Assembly: GCA_943704425.1 (NCBI GenBank)
Contig: CALSCP010001671.1
Location: 1-49,960 of the forward strand
Reading direction: 5' to 3'
Length of the DNA stretch: 49,960 bases
From: Ministeria vibrans ATCC 50519
Taxonomy: Eukaryota > Protista > Filasterea
The notes below the pieces were generated by a model. The model did not search any database. It was not told the DNA's origin and saw only the letters and a list, made by a program, of their open reading frames with translations. The translations under genes and the position numbers were made by a program. Shown here one piece after another: positions 49,855-49,960 of the stretch; the first letter of the stretch is position 1; the number at the start of each line of letters is the position of its first letter.

Positions 49855-49960
<106 letters not shown>

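Overview
Gene-dense, intron-rich eukaryotic DNA with short GT-AG introns and many microsatellites. The gene set (animal-type AIF, SCLY, GTPBP10, CEP85-like, plus flagellar EFHC1 and an RJL GTPase) suggests a flagellated unicellular holozoan such as a choanoflagellate (inference). The window opens in a histone cluster (3' end of H4, H2A, H3), then carries about 19 further genes: CEP85-like, GH27 alpha-galactosidase, GT34, RPL39, a DUF3427/SRA-like protein, EFHC1, SLC38, an RBR E3 ligase, TAF1, YIF1, cyclin H (partial), TRAPPC11 (partial), DNAJC10, SCLY, V-ATPase E (exon 1 only), AIF, a membrane-anchored methyltransferase, RJL, GTPBP10, NCAPG and AMACR. Top signals: (1) all three histone genes end in a 6-bp/4-nt stem-loop followed 18-19 nt later by an identical GAGAACGA element, the layout of animal SLBP/U7 3'-end processing, although H2A and H3 contain introns; (2) the H4-H2A spacer holds about five 85-125-nt units with a conserved terminal stem and compensatory base changes, a candidate undescribed ncRNA array; (3) H3 has His at the near-invariant K115. 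Two sites where genes stop at a simple repeat are probably assembly misjoins. All gene calls come from recognising motifs by eye; no searches were run, and multi-exon genes are given as start-to-stop spans.
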